From Macrostomum lignano (lineage: Eukaryota), in NCBI GenBank assembly GCA_002269645.1, contig NIVC01003430.1, positions 1 through 64,000 of the forward strand: a stretch of DNA of 64,000 nt. Direction: 5' to 3'. The notes below the pieces were generated by a model. That model did no database searches. It was not told where the DNA came from and was given only the letters and a program-made list of their open reading frames with translations. Numbering within the stretch: position 1 is the stretch's first letter; every line of letters begins with the position of its first letter. A program made the translations under genes and the position numbers. Below, in pieces: positions 24,541-36,250 of the stretch.

Positions 24541-25613
24541 TTACGCTCCCCTTGGACTGTCGGGGTTTTTTGAATCGAAACTTCGTTGAAGGAGTGCCCA
24601 GAAAGGAAATCGGTCTGAATAAAATATCGTTGTTGTAGTCGAGAAGATTTATGCGGGCTTGTGACTGGCCAGCAGGGCAGCATGATGCGCGTGGTGCCTC
24701 CTGCGTAATAAAATTGCATGCAGATCTATACGAGCTAAAATGCAGTGGGGATCCATGTGAAATTTTCAACCGCTTAATTGTCCTTCACTATTCTTTTTAT
24801 TGCACCAGACCGACTGGAAACTGCGAGCAAGAAGAACAAACCATTTAAAATTATTAGGCATGGTTTACTCCAGCAGCTTATAGCGCGATCCAAGCATTCA
24901 GGCCAGACCAAAATACCCAGAGACATGCATGCACACATTAAAGCAATATAATTTCAGTGGACGCTCGACTATTAAAACCGGGATTAAAATGTTTTTATTA
25001 GTTTGCTGTCCAGTCCTAAATCGAATTCTTCACATCATGGATCTTCGTTCTGAATAAATACAATTAAGTCACGCACATATGGCTAGAAAACACATTCTAG
25101 CCAATTTAAGTGCTCCTTCCAATTCCTTCGCAATGCCCCGGCGATGGCAGCATTCTACAAAAATTGCAAACAAAATAAGAAGTCTTAACTATATTTTTGG
25201 ATTAAATTTAATTTTCCAGCAGGAATACATAAATTACCATATAGAAATAGCATATATAGCATTTGCGAAGCAGATCCGTTATCCAAAACGAAAAAAATTC
25301 TGCAGGCGTTCAATTTTGTTTGAGTTCATTCAGTTCAGAAAACTGTTTGTTTAAAATTTAAAAAGTTTGACGAAAATGATTAGAAATAAATCAGTGTCTC
25401 ATGCACATTTACATTTACATTAAACTGGCCAATTCATATCCATCTGTAACTATGTTTTCCATTATATTTTATTTTCTACAACCATCTTGCTTTTTCTGTT
25501 ACCCTTTGGTTTAATACATTTAGGCAAAACTTCATATAATCATATGGATCAGTGTGCATTAGAGTTTGATTTCTTGTTCAAAATCTAGAAGGATTCTTTG
25601 CAATTGTATCATT

Positions 25614-25873
25614 GGGCCTTTTCATATTGCTTGCTCTGTTTCCAGAACCAGAACCAATTTGTAAAGTATAACTTTTTGTCTCTATAACTAGAGGGAGATA
25701 CGTGCTATAAAGTTTTTATTATTGAATGACAATCGCCAAGAAGAAAGTGAAAAATCGTGCAAAGTGAGGCTGTTAAGGCAGTCAAATATTAACAGAGTTT
25801 AATAGTTATACTGCTGTTTTTCTTGGAATTCCGAACCGATTCTGGTTCTGGAATTGGTAATATGAAAAGACCC
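25614..25873 (+). mobile_element. MITE copy 1 (260 bp, TIRs, 3-bp TSD ATT)
   Basis: Ends GGGCCTTTTCATATT ... AATATGAAAAGACCC, flanked by ATT on both sides; inverted homolog at 63677-63945. Confidence 0.8.
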
Positions 25874-26829
25874 ATTGTATGCAAGGAAGACCTGTACACT
25901 TGCTTTTGAAAGTCTAAACTTGTGCAGAGATAGCAGCAAAGATATAACATGCACCATCTATATATTCATAATCATAAGCTACATATATCCTGAGAAAAGC
26001 TGCATAGTCCTTCTAGAATCTAGGTACTATATGCATATATATGCTTAGACTAGGCCTAGCCTAGGCCTAGGGGCTCAGCCCAGGATGGAATTCTTGCACG
26101 AAAATTGCAACGCATTTTTGCGTTCGGGAAAAAAATTGCGAAAAATTGCGCAACGCAAAAAAAATTGCGCACCTGTACGGGCTGCAAAAAATGCGACAAA
26201 AATTGCAAATTATTTTGCGACTGTTTGCACAGTTTAAATTTATAAATAATTACTGACTTTACTGTATGAAATCTAGAATTACTACAAAAACGTAACATTT
26301 ATAGTTCGTTATTTACGAACTGTTCAAATTTAAAATTCTCTACTTAAAAAACAAAGATAATCAGTTTAATTTTTATTGTAACGAGTCGTCAAAAAATGCA
26401 AGTATAACACTATTGCAAAACATTTTTTTGACAATTGGTAATGCTAGAAATTGCACCACTAAATTTTGTTTAAGATTGTAAAATTGCGTTTGGTTCAATA
26501 TGGAATTGCGCACCTGTAGCAAGAACGGAGGCAGGACACAAAATTGGACTTTGAGCCTTTACCGCCCAATCACAAGCTTGCACAGCTGCCCGCTTACTAG
26601 GCACACTCTAAAGCATAGCCAGTAACAGTTCGAGCTATGATTCAGCATTTATTGAACTCACCATCGAGCTAAGGCGATGAAATTCAGCTGATATAAAGTT
26701 ACGAATATAAAGTATTGAACGAAACGAAAATATACGAGTATTATTACATTGCGATGCGATTACTTTGCTTTACTTAACACCCGCCTCGAGTTGGCACCAA
26801 TTTAAATTACGAAATTAAGGTGTACTGCA

Positions 26830-26840
26830 CTACCCCCCTC
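26830..26840 (-). promoter_or_regulatory. Polypurine tract (GAGGGGGGTAG)
   Basis: Abuts the 3' LTR on the minus strand. Confidence 0.85.
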
Positions 26841-27683
26841 GCGAAAAAAAACAATGTCCCCATTGCGCTGAAAATTGACAGTTCGAACAAAATCTACTTT
26901 ATGAAAATATTTCTTTGACACAATACAAGTTGCGTTCAATGCACGCTCACAAGACGGACACTAAAGGATCGAATCGCGTATGAGCAAAAGTTAAAAGCCA
27001 ACTTCAAAAATAGCGGCAAAATTCTTCAACCACAGCAATTTAGGACTTCACCAATGCAGTTTGAACCTAACGCGGAACGAAAATGCTCGAGTCTAATTTG
27101 TAGGCTTGCGCCTTAGCAGTGTCATTCTATATCGGCGTACATTCAACTCTCTAACCATGCACGCGCCAACCCCCCATTGACTAATATTTAAATACACGCA
27201 TTGGCATTTACTCGTATTTGGAACTTTGCTATCGGTATCGATCCAAGCAAACGCACACGGCTTGTCAGACTTCCTACATAATTCAATAGAATATCGGATG
27301 ATGATCAACGCACATACCCTAACGGATGCTAAAAATCGAACAATTATGTCAATGCGGAATAAAAATGCAATATTCACTTCAACGCGAAAATTTACCAATT
27401 TTTTTGAATTTAGAAAATATTGTTGAAATCGAAAATAAATATTTTGATAGCAAAATGCGATTTAATATATAAGGGAATATATAAAGCACCGGCCTGGAAC
27501 TCGGAAACCACAACTGATTAAAACTCGAAAAGACAGCGGATTTGAATCTTAAAAACGAATTAAACGCAAAAAATACTCAGCCAAGTGACACGCAAAGGCA
27601 GCTCTGCTGGAACAGCGCACAAATGCACAACTCAAGCACAAACTGCGCAGGTCGCAGAAATCGGCAAAAAAAGATTGTCAGAC

Positions 27684-30600
27684 TCACACTAGGACCCAGC
27701 CATCGTCAAGAACTTCGCTGCTGCAGTCGCTGGTCGCCTCACTCCGCGCCGGGTCGGGAGCGCGGGGCTGGTGCGCACGTTTCAGCTTGTTTGGCGACGG
27801 CGGAACAAAAACCCATACGAGGTCGCCGACCCGGAATCTGCACCGCTTGGCCTTCCGGTCGTAGTACCGCCGCTGGCGTCGTTGTGCCGTCGCCATCGAT
27901 CGCCGCACGGAGTCGTAGGCGCGAAGCAGCTGGTCGCGGTTGTTGGCGGCGAACTGGCCGACTGTCATTGGCGGCTCCGGTGGCCGGTAGACGACGTCAA
28001 CTGGAAGCGTCATTTCCCGGCCAGTCAGCAGGCAGTGAGGAGTAAACCCGGTTGTAGCATTGACGCTGCTGCGGTAGGCCAGGAGACAATGCGGCAGCAC
28101 TTCTTCCCAGTCCTCCGGCTGGACTGACTGCAGGTGGCAGCGGAGCATCTGGTGCAGAGTGCGGTGGAACCTTTCTACTAGGCCGTCGCACTGCGGATGG
28201 TAGCCGGATGTCCGCGTCTTCTGAATCTCCAGCAGCCGGCACAGGCTCCTGATGACCTTTCCGTCCACGGCCTTGCCACGGTCGGAGTGCAGAATGTGCG
28301 GGGCTCCGAAACGCGTCACCCAGTTGTCGAACAGTGCCTTGGCGATGGTGGCCGCTTTCTCGTCGGGGAGTGGCACCAGCTCGACCCACTTGGTGAAGTA
28401 GTCGACAATGGTGAGCAGCCGATCGTTTCCCGCTGTGACAGTCCAACTTTGACCACGTCGATGCCCACGCGCTGCATAGGAAATCCACTGGCCATAGTCT
28501 GCAGTGGAGCTCGGCGCTGACTCGGTGTCTTAGCGCGCTGGCACACTTGGCAGGACTTGACCGCTAGGCGAACGCTCTCCGCCATTTTCGGCCAGTAGCA
28601 ACGCTGCTTGAGGGCTGCCAAGGTCTTGTCCTCGCCCAGATGCCCAAGCTCATGGACCTCCTCGATGAACTCCTCCTGTCTGCAGCGCGGAATCACAGGC
28701 ACAGGCTTGGACTTCACCAGCTTGTTCAGGGCGCCGTCGACGAAACACAGGTCGCCGATCTTCTGTGCCAGAATTAGGCTCTCAGGCGACAGTCGGTCAC
28801 GTCTGCTGGCGCTGAACCTTGTCTTGCCGTTGGACAGCAGGCGAAACACCGGGCCGATGTCTGGATCACGGAGCTGCAGTTCACGCAGTGACTGAGACGC
28901 ATCTGACAGCGCCTCGCCTTCCTGAATGGCCTCGTCGCTGATTTCGTCTTCGCTGGAGTCCTCGCTCTCGCTTGGCCGCGGTTGAAGCTGCTGCTTCCGC
29001 CTTGAGGTGCCCTGACGTTCCGGCTCGGCGTTGGTCTGGGCAGCCGCAGAGGTAGCCGGCGCTGATGTCGCTGCGTTGGTTTGCACGGAGTTGACTCTGA
29101 CTGTGTCGACCCGGCCAGCAGGCTCCGCGATTGGCACTGGCGCCTCGACCGTCGGCTCCGTCTGGCAGGCGGCTGTTGAAGTCTCGGCTGGCGCCACCGC
29201 TGTCGTCCCTGGCCGACAGACTCGACACTGGCTGGTGCACTTTTGCTCTCGCCGAGAGAGGGCGTCTGCGTTGCCGTGTTGGCGGCCTCGGCGAAAGACG
29301 ACCTTGAAGTTGAACTCATCGAGCAGCTGCAGCCATCTGGCCAGCTGGCCTTCGGGCTCTTTGAATGCCAGCAGATAGGTGAGCGCCTGGTGATCCACTC
29401 GTACGGTGAAGGCGCGCGGCAGCAGGTAGCTCCGGAACTTCTTAACAAACTCGACAACAGCCAGGAGCTCGCGCCGCGTCACGCAGTAGTTGCGCTCAGC
29501 TCTTGACAGGGCGCGGCTGGCGTAGGCGATAACCCGCTCTTCGCTCGCCTGCACTTGCGACAGCACCGCGCCGATTGCGCAGTCACTTGCGTCGGTGTCG
29601 AGGATGAATTCGGAGCCCGACTCGCTCATGTCCGGGAACGCCAGGATCGGAGCTGACAGCAGCGCTTGCTTCAGCTGGTTGAAGGCCGCCTCAGCTTCTG
29701 GCGTCCACTCGAAGGGCGTAGGCAGTGTAAGGCGGCGCAGAGGCTCGGCGATATTGGCGTATTCGCGCACAAATCTTCGGTAGTACGAGGTCATGCCGAG
29801 GAAGCTCTTGACGTCCTTCGAGCTCCGGGGCACCGGCCAGTCTCGCACAGCCGCGGTTTTGCCCTCATCGACGGTGATTCCGGTCTTGCTGACGCGGTGG
29901 CCCAGGACTAACATGCTGGTATTTGCAAATCGGCACTTTGACGGCTTGAGGCGCAGGTTAAACTCGCGCAGTCGCTCCAGAACTGAACGCAGCCGATCGT
30001 TGTGCTGGCCGATGGTCTGGCCCATCACGATGACGTCGTCAATGAACACCAGACAGGCCTGCCACGTCAGTCCCCGGAGCACCAGCTGCATGAGCCGCTG
30101 AAAGGTGGCTGGTGCATTCCGTAGTCCGAACGGCATCACGTTGAATTCAAACAGGCCTTCATGGCATACAAATGCCGTCTTCTCCTTGTCTCAGTCATTC
30201 ATCTCGACTTGCCAGTAGCCACTTTCGAGATCCAGCGCTGAGAAGTAGCTGTTTCCTTCGAGGGCATCCAGAGTGTCATCGATGCGGGGCATCGGGAAGG
30301 CATCGGGCTTGGTCACCGCGTTCAGCAGGCGGTAGTCCAAGCAAAATCTGGCCGACCCGTCCTTCTTGCGAACCAGAACTATCGGAGATGCCCAAGGTGA
30401 TGACGATGGTCGGACGACTCCCTTTGCCAGCATCTCGTTGACCAGCTCCTTCTGCTGTGCGATCGCTGTGGGAGCCAGGCGCCGCAGTCCTTGGCGAATT
30501 GGCCTGGCGTTGCCTGTGTCGATCTCGTGCTTTAACAATTGGGTGCGGCCTGGGTTGCTGGGGCTCGCGAAGACGTCGCTGAACTCCAGCAGAAGGCGTT

Positions 30601-31477
30601 CGACTTGCTGCCGCTCCTCGGTTGGGATGTCATCGGCGATTTGCACCTCGTCCTGCCAGGTCGTTGCAGTAGTCGGATCTGCCTCGCTGGCATCACCAGA
30701 TCCTCCGGCTTGCAGGTGCGCCAGGGCTCGGCCAGACAGCGGGTTGAAGTTGCCGACGATGTCGCCCTCCTTGATCTCGACTGTCTCATCTCTGGTGTTG
30801 ATTACAGCAAGCCCCATTCCGTGGTCAACCAGCTTGGACACGCTGCGGCCGATCATCACTTTGGCCGCCTTGCTGCCGCAGACAACGCCTGGTGCCTCCG
30901 AGTTCGTCCACGCTGCCGCGCTCGCTGGCCGCACCGGAATGATCCAGCCATCGCCTGGCTGCAGTCGAACCGTGGCTGCCGCTGCCAGCTTGCAAGTCTG
31001 GGCCGCCTGCCTGGATGTCCGCATTGGCAAGGTGACGCCGAGGCCGTTAAACTCGAGAATGCCTAATCTCAGGTGGATCGAAATGTCAAATTTGTTTAGG
31101 AAGTCGCAGCCCAGAATTACCGGTGCGCTGAGGCAGGTCACTGCCAGGAATCTGTGTCGAAAATGAAGCGGACCAAGAAAAAAACTTATCTCAATTTCGC
31201 CCAGCACTGTTGCTTGATTGCCGCCCACGCCATAGATGGTTGTTGAGCTGGGTCTCAGCTGCCGCCTGAGCCTGGCCGAGTGCACGATGTCGCCGTTGAT
31301 GCAGGAGATCTCGGCACCGGTGTCGATCATGCACGGCCGGCGTTTTCTGAGCATGCGCGAGGTGATGAAGCGCACTTGGTCGGGCTGGCAGCTGGGGCGT
31401 AGGGGCTGGGCCGAACTGCTTAGTGCTGAGAGGGCCGGTGCTGGCCCATTGGACCAGCCCCCCCAGCGTTTGGGCAC
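27684..31477 (-). pseudogene. pol: Gypsy pol (protease, RT, RNase H, integrase) with one in-frame stop and one frameshift
   Basis: IDTGAEIS protease; LDLESGYWQ then TGA at 30191-30193, then DKEKTAF...MPFGL...FIDD; LDTDASDCAIGAVL RNase H; HELGH...CQVC zinc finger; a 1-nt loss near 28430 separates RVGID from HSDRG...GLVERFHRTL. Confidence 0.92.
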
Positions 31478-32733
31478 CTCCGGCGGATGTGGCCAGGCTG
31501 ATGGCAGCCGTAGCAGATGGGCACCGCCCTAGGCTGCTGCTGTTGATGTGCAGCGGCGTCAGCTGATCTCCATGGTGGCGCTGGGGCTGTCTGCGCTCGA
31601 TGAGCCGCTGGCTGGTGATGTTGTGTCGTCTGTGGCCCATGCTGCGGTCGGGTTCCTGTTGGTGTTGACTGAACCGGTGCCGCTGGAGCTGACGCCTCGG
31701 CGCTGTGGTGCTGCGGCTGGGAATTCATTATCTGCCGGGTCTCGCGCACTTGCTGGGCATAATGCAGGGCCTGATCCGGTGTAGTAAGAGGCAGCTGCAT
31801 ATTAAGCAGCCGCTCCGTCACGTAGTTGTCGTTCAGCCCTTGAATGAACCGCTCAAGCACAGTCTGCTGGCGACAGTCTTGAGCACCGAGCTCTGGGTAG
31901 GCCTTGAACGCGAGTCGCTGGAGGGCAGTCAGAAAATCCTCGAACCTCTCGTCCCTGCCCCGGCACCGGCTGTGAAGCTCGCGCCGAAGTAGTGCAGTGC
32001 TGGTGGCACCGCCATGACGAGCGCGAAGGAGCTGCAGGAGATCTTCATAGCGGGCACCTGGCAGGAACTGCAGTGAAGTCCCAACGGGCTGTCCATGCTG
32101 CGCGCACAGTTGGTAGAGCCAGACCTCGTAGGTAGCGAATGCTGGTCCCAGGTAACTGCTGAGCGTGTTGATCTTGCTGTAGTCACTCAGTCCTTGGTGC
32201 CGGCTTAAATACGAAGACACTCGACCCAGAAAGTCATCGAACGGTTCGGATCCGTTGAAGGGCGCCGGCTTCGGCACCGACGGAAGCTGGATTGCTTGTT
32301 GATATACCGGTGCGCACAGGTTGCGGTCGCCAGCGCCAGGGTGAGATCCGCCTTGGAGCAACGGAGCCCATGGTTCGGCCATACGGTGCACAGAGGGTCT
32401 TGGTGGATGTGTCACTGCAGCTGCCGCAGCTGCCGCGGAAGGCCTGGTGTCCAGCAGGAATGAGTCTCCCGTCGCCATGTAGTTCGTTGACGGTTGGCCG
32501 GGCCCGGGGGGCACTGGCACTTGAGACTGACAGCAGCGTGCTTCATCGACAGAGATTTGCACAGGATCGAGGTCACGAAGCTCTTGATAGCGCCGCCAGT
32601 TCGCCTCCCGTTCGGATTCTGGCTCACTGGTTGACGAAGAGGTGTAAGCCGCAGCCGCAGCGGTCGGACGTAAAATATCGCGATTTCTCAGTCTTAGCCG
32701 TTGAGGCTCTTCTGCCTCACGTTCTGACCACAT
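31420..32733 (-). CDS. gag: Gypsy Gag, ~437 aa, with a CCHC zinc knuckle
   Basis: Open frame from ATG 32733; CYGCHQPGHIRRRC; capsid-like LERFIQGL. Confidence 0.88.
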   Translation of the reverse strand: MWSEREAEEPQRLRLRNRDILRPTAAAAAYTSSSTSEPESEREANWRRYQELRDLDPVQISVDEARCCQSQVPVPPGPGQPSTNYMATGDSFLLDTRPSAAAAAAAVTHPPRPSVHRMAEPWAPLLQGGSHPGAGDRNLCAPVYQQAIQLPSVPKPAPFNGSEPFDDFLGRVSSYLSRHQGLSDYSKINTLSSYLGPAFATYEVWLYQLCAQHGQPVGTSLQFLPGARYEDLLQLLRARHGGATSTALLRRELHSRCRGRDERFEDFLTALQRLAFKAYPELGAQDCRQQTVLERFIQGLNDNYVTERLLNMQLPLTTPDQALHYAQQVRETRQIMNSQPQHHSAEASAPAAPVQSTPTGTRPQHGPQTTQHHQPAAHRAQTAPAPPWRSADAAAHQQQQPRAVPICYGCHQPGHIRRRCPNAGGAGPMGQHRPSQH

Positions 32734-32784
32734 GATGATCGATGACAGGTGCAACCTTCGGTCTTTTATGCTATGAAGAAATTC

Positions 32785-32802
32785 GTCCTGGCGTGGTCGC
32801 CA
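32785..32802 (-). promoter_or_regulatory. Primer binding site, probably tRNA-Arg
   Basis: TGGCGACCACGCCAGGAC lies 2 nt from the 5' LTR. Its complement ends CGTGGTCGCCA, like tRNA-Arg(TCG) 3' ends as I recall them. Confidence 0.7.
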
Positions 32803-33374
32803 AATGTAGCAAGAACGGAGGCAGGACACAAAATTGGACTTTGAGCCTTTACCGCCCAATCACAAGCTTGCACAGCTGCCCGCTTACTAGGCACACTCTA
32901 AAGCATAGCCAGTAACAGTTCGAGCTATGATTCAGCATTTATTGAACTCACCATCGAGCTAAGGCGATGAAATTCAGCTGATATAAAGTTACGAATATAA
33001 AGTATTGAACGAAACGAAAATATACGAGTATTATTACATTGCGATGCGATTACTTTGCTTTACTTAACACCCGCCTCGAGTTGGCACCAATTTAAATTAA
33101 GAAATTAAGGTGTACTACACACCGAAAAAAAGTCGCAATTTTCCCCGTTTTATATGCCAGATGTAAGAATTCCATGCTGGGGCTCAGCCCTTGGGCTTTC
33201 AGTCAATCTGGCAATACGACAATCTAGCAACAGACAATCTAGTGACAAAGTGATAACAGATGGAGATGATCTGGTGATAGATTTTGAATTTTAGAATTTA
33301 TAGTTTTAAATAGAGATAAAATATAATTTTATATATAAAGAATTTATTTTTAAAATGGTTCTTTAAATAATGTC

Positions 33375-34060
33375 GGCAGTGACTATTTGTCCAATATTGG
33401 ATGAATAATGTAACTATTATTCGTCCAGTACCGGATAAATAAAAGTGAAGTTATTCATCCAGCACAGTACAAATGTGGATATATAATAAAAACTTATTAA
33501 ATACAGGAATACTCAAAAAGTAGTATATAGTTCACTTTTAGGGTAGAAGCAAAAAATATTTGTTATGATTAGATAGTGCTCTTTCTCAGAAATTCTATAA
33601 CTATGGGCAAAAATACTTGGGCATAAGTACTTGGACATAGGCAAAATACCAAAAGTTTTGTATAATTTTTACCTTTATTATATTTTGTTCTATATATATC
33701 AGTATGTTTTGGTTTCACAGTAAACAGTAGTCATAGCACAGTCAAAATTAATAACGACATTTGCTGCTGTATAACACAAATGCCAAAGTAAGGATTTAGA
33801 GTTATTACAATAACACTTGGAGTTGTTGAAAAAAAAAAGTAGAGTCATTACTATATATTCAAACTCAGTACTAAGTGATCATCAGGAAGACACTCTAACA
33901 TCACACTAGTATACCTTGCTAGAAAAGATGCACAGCCATAGAGTAGCATATAAATTCACGTAGCTCAGCCAGTACTAGACAAATAACTTCACTATTATTT
34001 ATTTGGTACTGGACAAATAATAGTTATATTATTCATCCAATACTAGATGAATATTCACTG
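33375..34060. repeat. Imperfect ~90-bp inverted repeat pair (33375-33465 and 33968-34060); possible old foldback/MITE
   Basis: GCAGTGACTATTTGTCCAATATTGGATGAATAATG... matches the reverse complement of the distal arm; no TSD found. Confidence 0.55.
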
Positions 34061-34439
34061 CTTGGTATGTTATGGCTAAACCTCTGACTAAGTTTACTTT
34101 GACTAAGACTAAGTAATACCAAACATTTTTATATTATAGAATATAGGCCCTAATGTATTTGATTATAAAACTAGGCTTAGTATGTAGCCCTATAGATAAA
34201 TACATCAATTTAATGTAGTTTCCTGTTTTTAAAAGCAAAATCATCATTATATTAAAAAACAAGTTATGAAATCTATTTCATCTTTTTATTTTTATTAGAA
34301 AAAAAGAAAAAAAATTGTACCAAAAAGTATTTGTAATATATTTTAATGCTTATGCCTATGGTTATAATTTTTTAAGCTTTTTTTTCTTGTGCATTTTTTT
34401 AAACATAATGTTTGAATGTATTTTCTACTTTTGTTCATA

Positions 34440-35776
34440 GGCCTGGCCTATTGTTAATTATTGTTAATGGCATACATAGCATATAGTTGGCAAACATGGC
34501 ATAAAGAAAGTAGGCATGCAAACAAAAAACTTCCAGGGTAGTTGGTTTGCTAATACCAAAATAGGGCAGCCTCAAAATTTTGAATTTCCATTGGCATTAA
34601 GTTCACACAAATAATTCCAGAAATTGCACAGACAAATCCCAATGCCACAAAATGTTTTTCTATTTTATTCCAGCTACTAGGTCCTCAATTCTGGGGGGAG
34701 GGTAGTTATCATAGGCAAGCAGTCTTTGTTAGGCATAGTCATTTGAATTAGGGCCTTAGATACCAAAATCAATGTACATCAAAATTCTCAGTTGATTACT
34801 ATAAGTAGAGTAGCACTGCCACTATAATAATTTTGTATTATAGAATGTTGAAGTCTTAAAGCTTTCTTTGAAAAGAGAACTATGGGTTATTTTATGCCCT
34901 ACAGGCAAATGACTCAAGATAGTCTATGGCTTCAATTAATTAATTAGTAAAATAGGTTATTAGAGTTTATTAAGAGCAAATTATATATAAAACTGAATTT
35001 AACAAAGGTAATTTATTATATAATAAATGATACTACTAAAAGATAGAGTCTGGCAGTACTGCATACATACTAGTAGAAGTTAAATCAAAGGTAAACTGTT
35101 AGGCTATCAAGCATAAACAAAAATCAAGGACTATAAAGTCAAAAAAAGTATTAGAGAGCCAAGCAAATAGATGGAAGAAAAGGGAAAGGTAGAAGGAAGA
35201 AGAGAGAGCATAATTAAGCAATACCAAAGAGCAATGTATAAATAAAAGTTAGGGAGCAAGAGGTAGACAATAGGGAATAGGTGCTGAGGACGAGGCATAG
35301 ATAACAAAGGCCAATGCAAGGAGCAAAGACAACACCACAGGAAAACAACAGAAACCGAATTGGGAATGCACAAAACTAGGGAAAAGAGCAGGGAGGCTAG
35401 GCCTAGGAACCAGGAACGATGATGATAGGGAGCACCATAGGATGGATAGGTCAGGCTTCACCTGGGACAATAGTGGAAAAATAGGACCAATGACAAATAT
35501 ATATTAGTCTAAATTTCAAAGTAAGGATAAAAATATTTGTGGTAGCTCATACTATCACAAACATGGGGATACTTTAAAAATTGATGCAATGTCTGACCTC
35601 CCAGTCTCAATGGTGTTGGCCTCTGTTTGCTAGCGCTCAGCTGCCTTAGTTGGCCAATTGGGAGCCATGCGCTGGGCCATCGGGCACAGTGGCTGCATTG
35701 TTGCTAGGCTCTTGGCCATTTGGTCACAGTGAGCATACTTGGACAGTTGCTGGTCTGGGCTGAGCTAGTCGGCCAT
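34440..35776 (-). pseudogene. Hypermutated pseudogene of a multi-pass membrane protein
   Basis: ATG 35776 directly after an acceptor-like TTGTAAG. Exon 35776-35598 (phase 2) joins 35461 onward via a GT-AG intron of 136 bp in phase. Several hydrophobic helices follow (to 35131). The same frame continues to ~34440 with many stops; that AT-rich distal part is less certain. Confidence 0.6.
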
Positions 35777-35829
35777 CTTACAAGGTAAATCTAGTCATAT
35801 TCATAATATAGACATCCAGGACACTTCTT

Positions 35830-36250
35830 TATTGCTGCATCCCAGAATACACATAGCCAAGGTGTCCAACCCTCGCTTAATAGACTGGCGTCCCAGAAGG
35901 CAATGGCAAGGAATAAAGCCAAGGCGGGCCAAGGGTGGCCTCCGCTGGTACAAGCAGATCTTGGCCTAGGTCAGTTGCTCCTTTAAGAGGTCGCAGGTAT
36001 GTTCCGGTGCCATCCACTAGCAGAGCAAGCACTAAGGAGCGTTGATGCATGCTCTTCCAAGCCAAGCCAAGTGGCTTGATAAAACCCCTCTTCAAGGGCA
36101 TTCTTTAGTTAGATATAGGCCAGGATATGCCAGTAGTGGTTGCTGTGTAAGCATATAGTGTGTTGGCCTCGCCAAGGCAGAGCTATATTGCTAGGGTAGG
36201 TGAGGCCTTGGGGCTAGTTGTAGTAGAACTCACGCTTGCTCAGTGGCACA
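35830..36250 (-). pseudogene. Second decayed coding segment of unknown protein
   Basis: KREFYYN*PQGLTYPSNIALPWRGQHTICLHSNHYWHILAYI*LKNALEEGFYQATWLGLEE; GC-richer than surroundings, and stops fit CAR-to-TAR changes. Confidence 0.5.

Larger units (their letters stand above)
26515..33119 (-). mobile_element. Full-length Ty3/Gypsy LTR retrotransposon (6605 bp)
   Basis: LTRs 26515-26829 and 32805-33119 (TG...CA, 2 mismatches in 315); 4-bp TSD CACC; domain order gag-PR-RT-RH-IN. Confidence 0.97.
26080..33180. mobile_element. Non-autonomous DNA transposon (~490 bp, hAT-like 8-bp TSD) split by the Gypsy insertion
   Basis: TIRs CCAGGATGGAATTCTTGCAC and ATGTAAGAATTCCATGCTGG; TSD GGCTCAGC at 26072-26079 and 33181-33188; many internal AAAATTGC motifs. 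Confidence 0.85.

Noticed and set aside
27542-32735. Plus-strand ORFs within the retrotransposon
   Set aside because: Antisense shadows of GC-rich gag/pol with no independent features.
35160-35470. Plus-strand K/E/R-rich decayed ORF
   Set aside because: Mirror image of the hydrophobic minus-strand exon, which has in-phase splice support.
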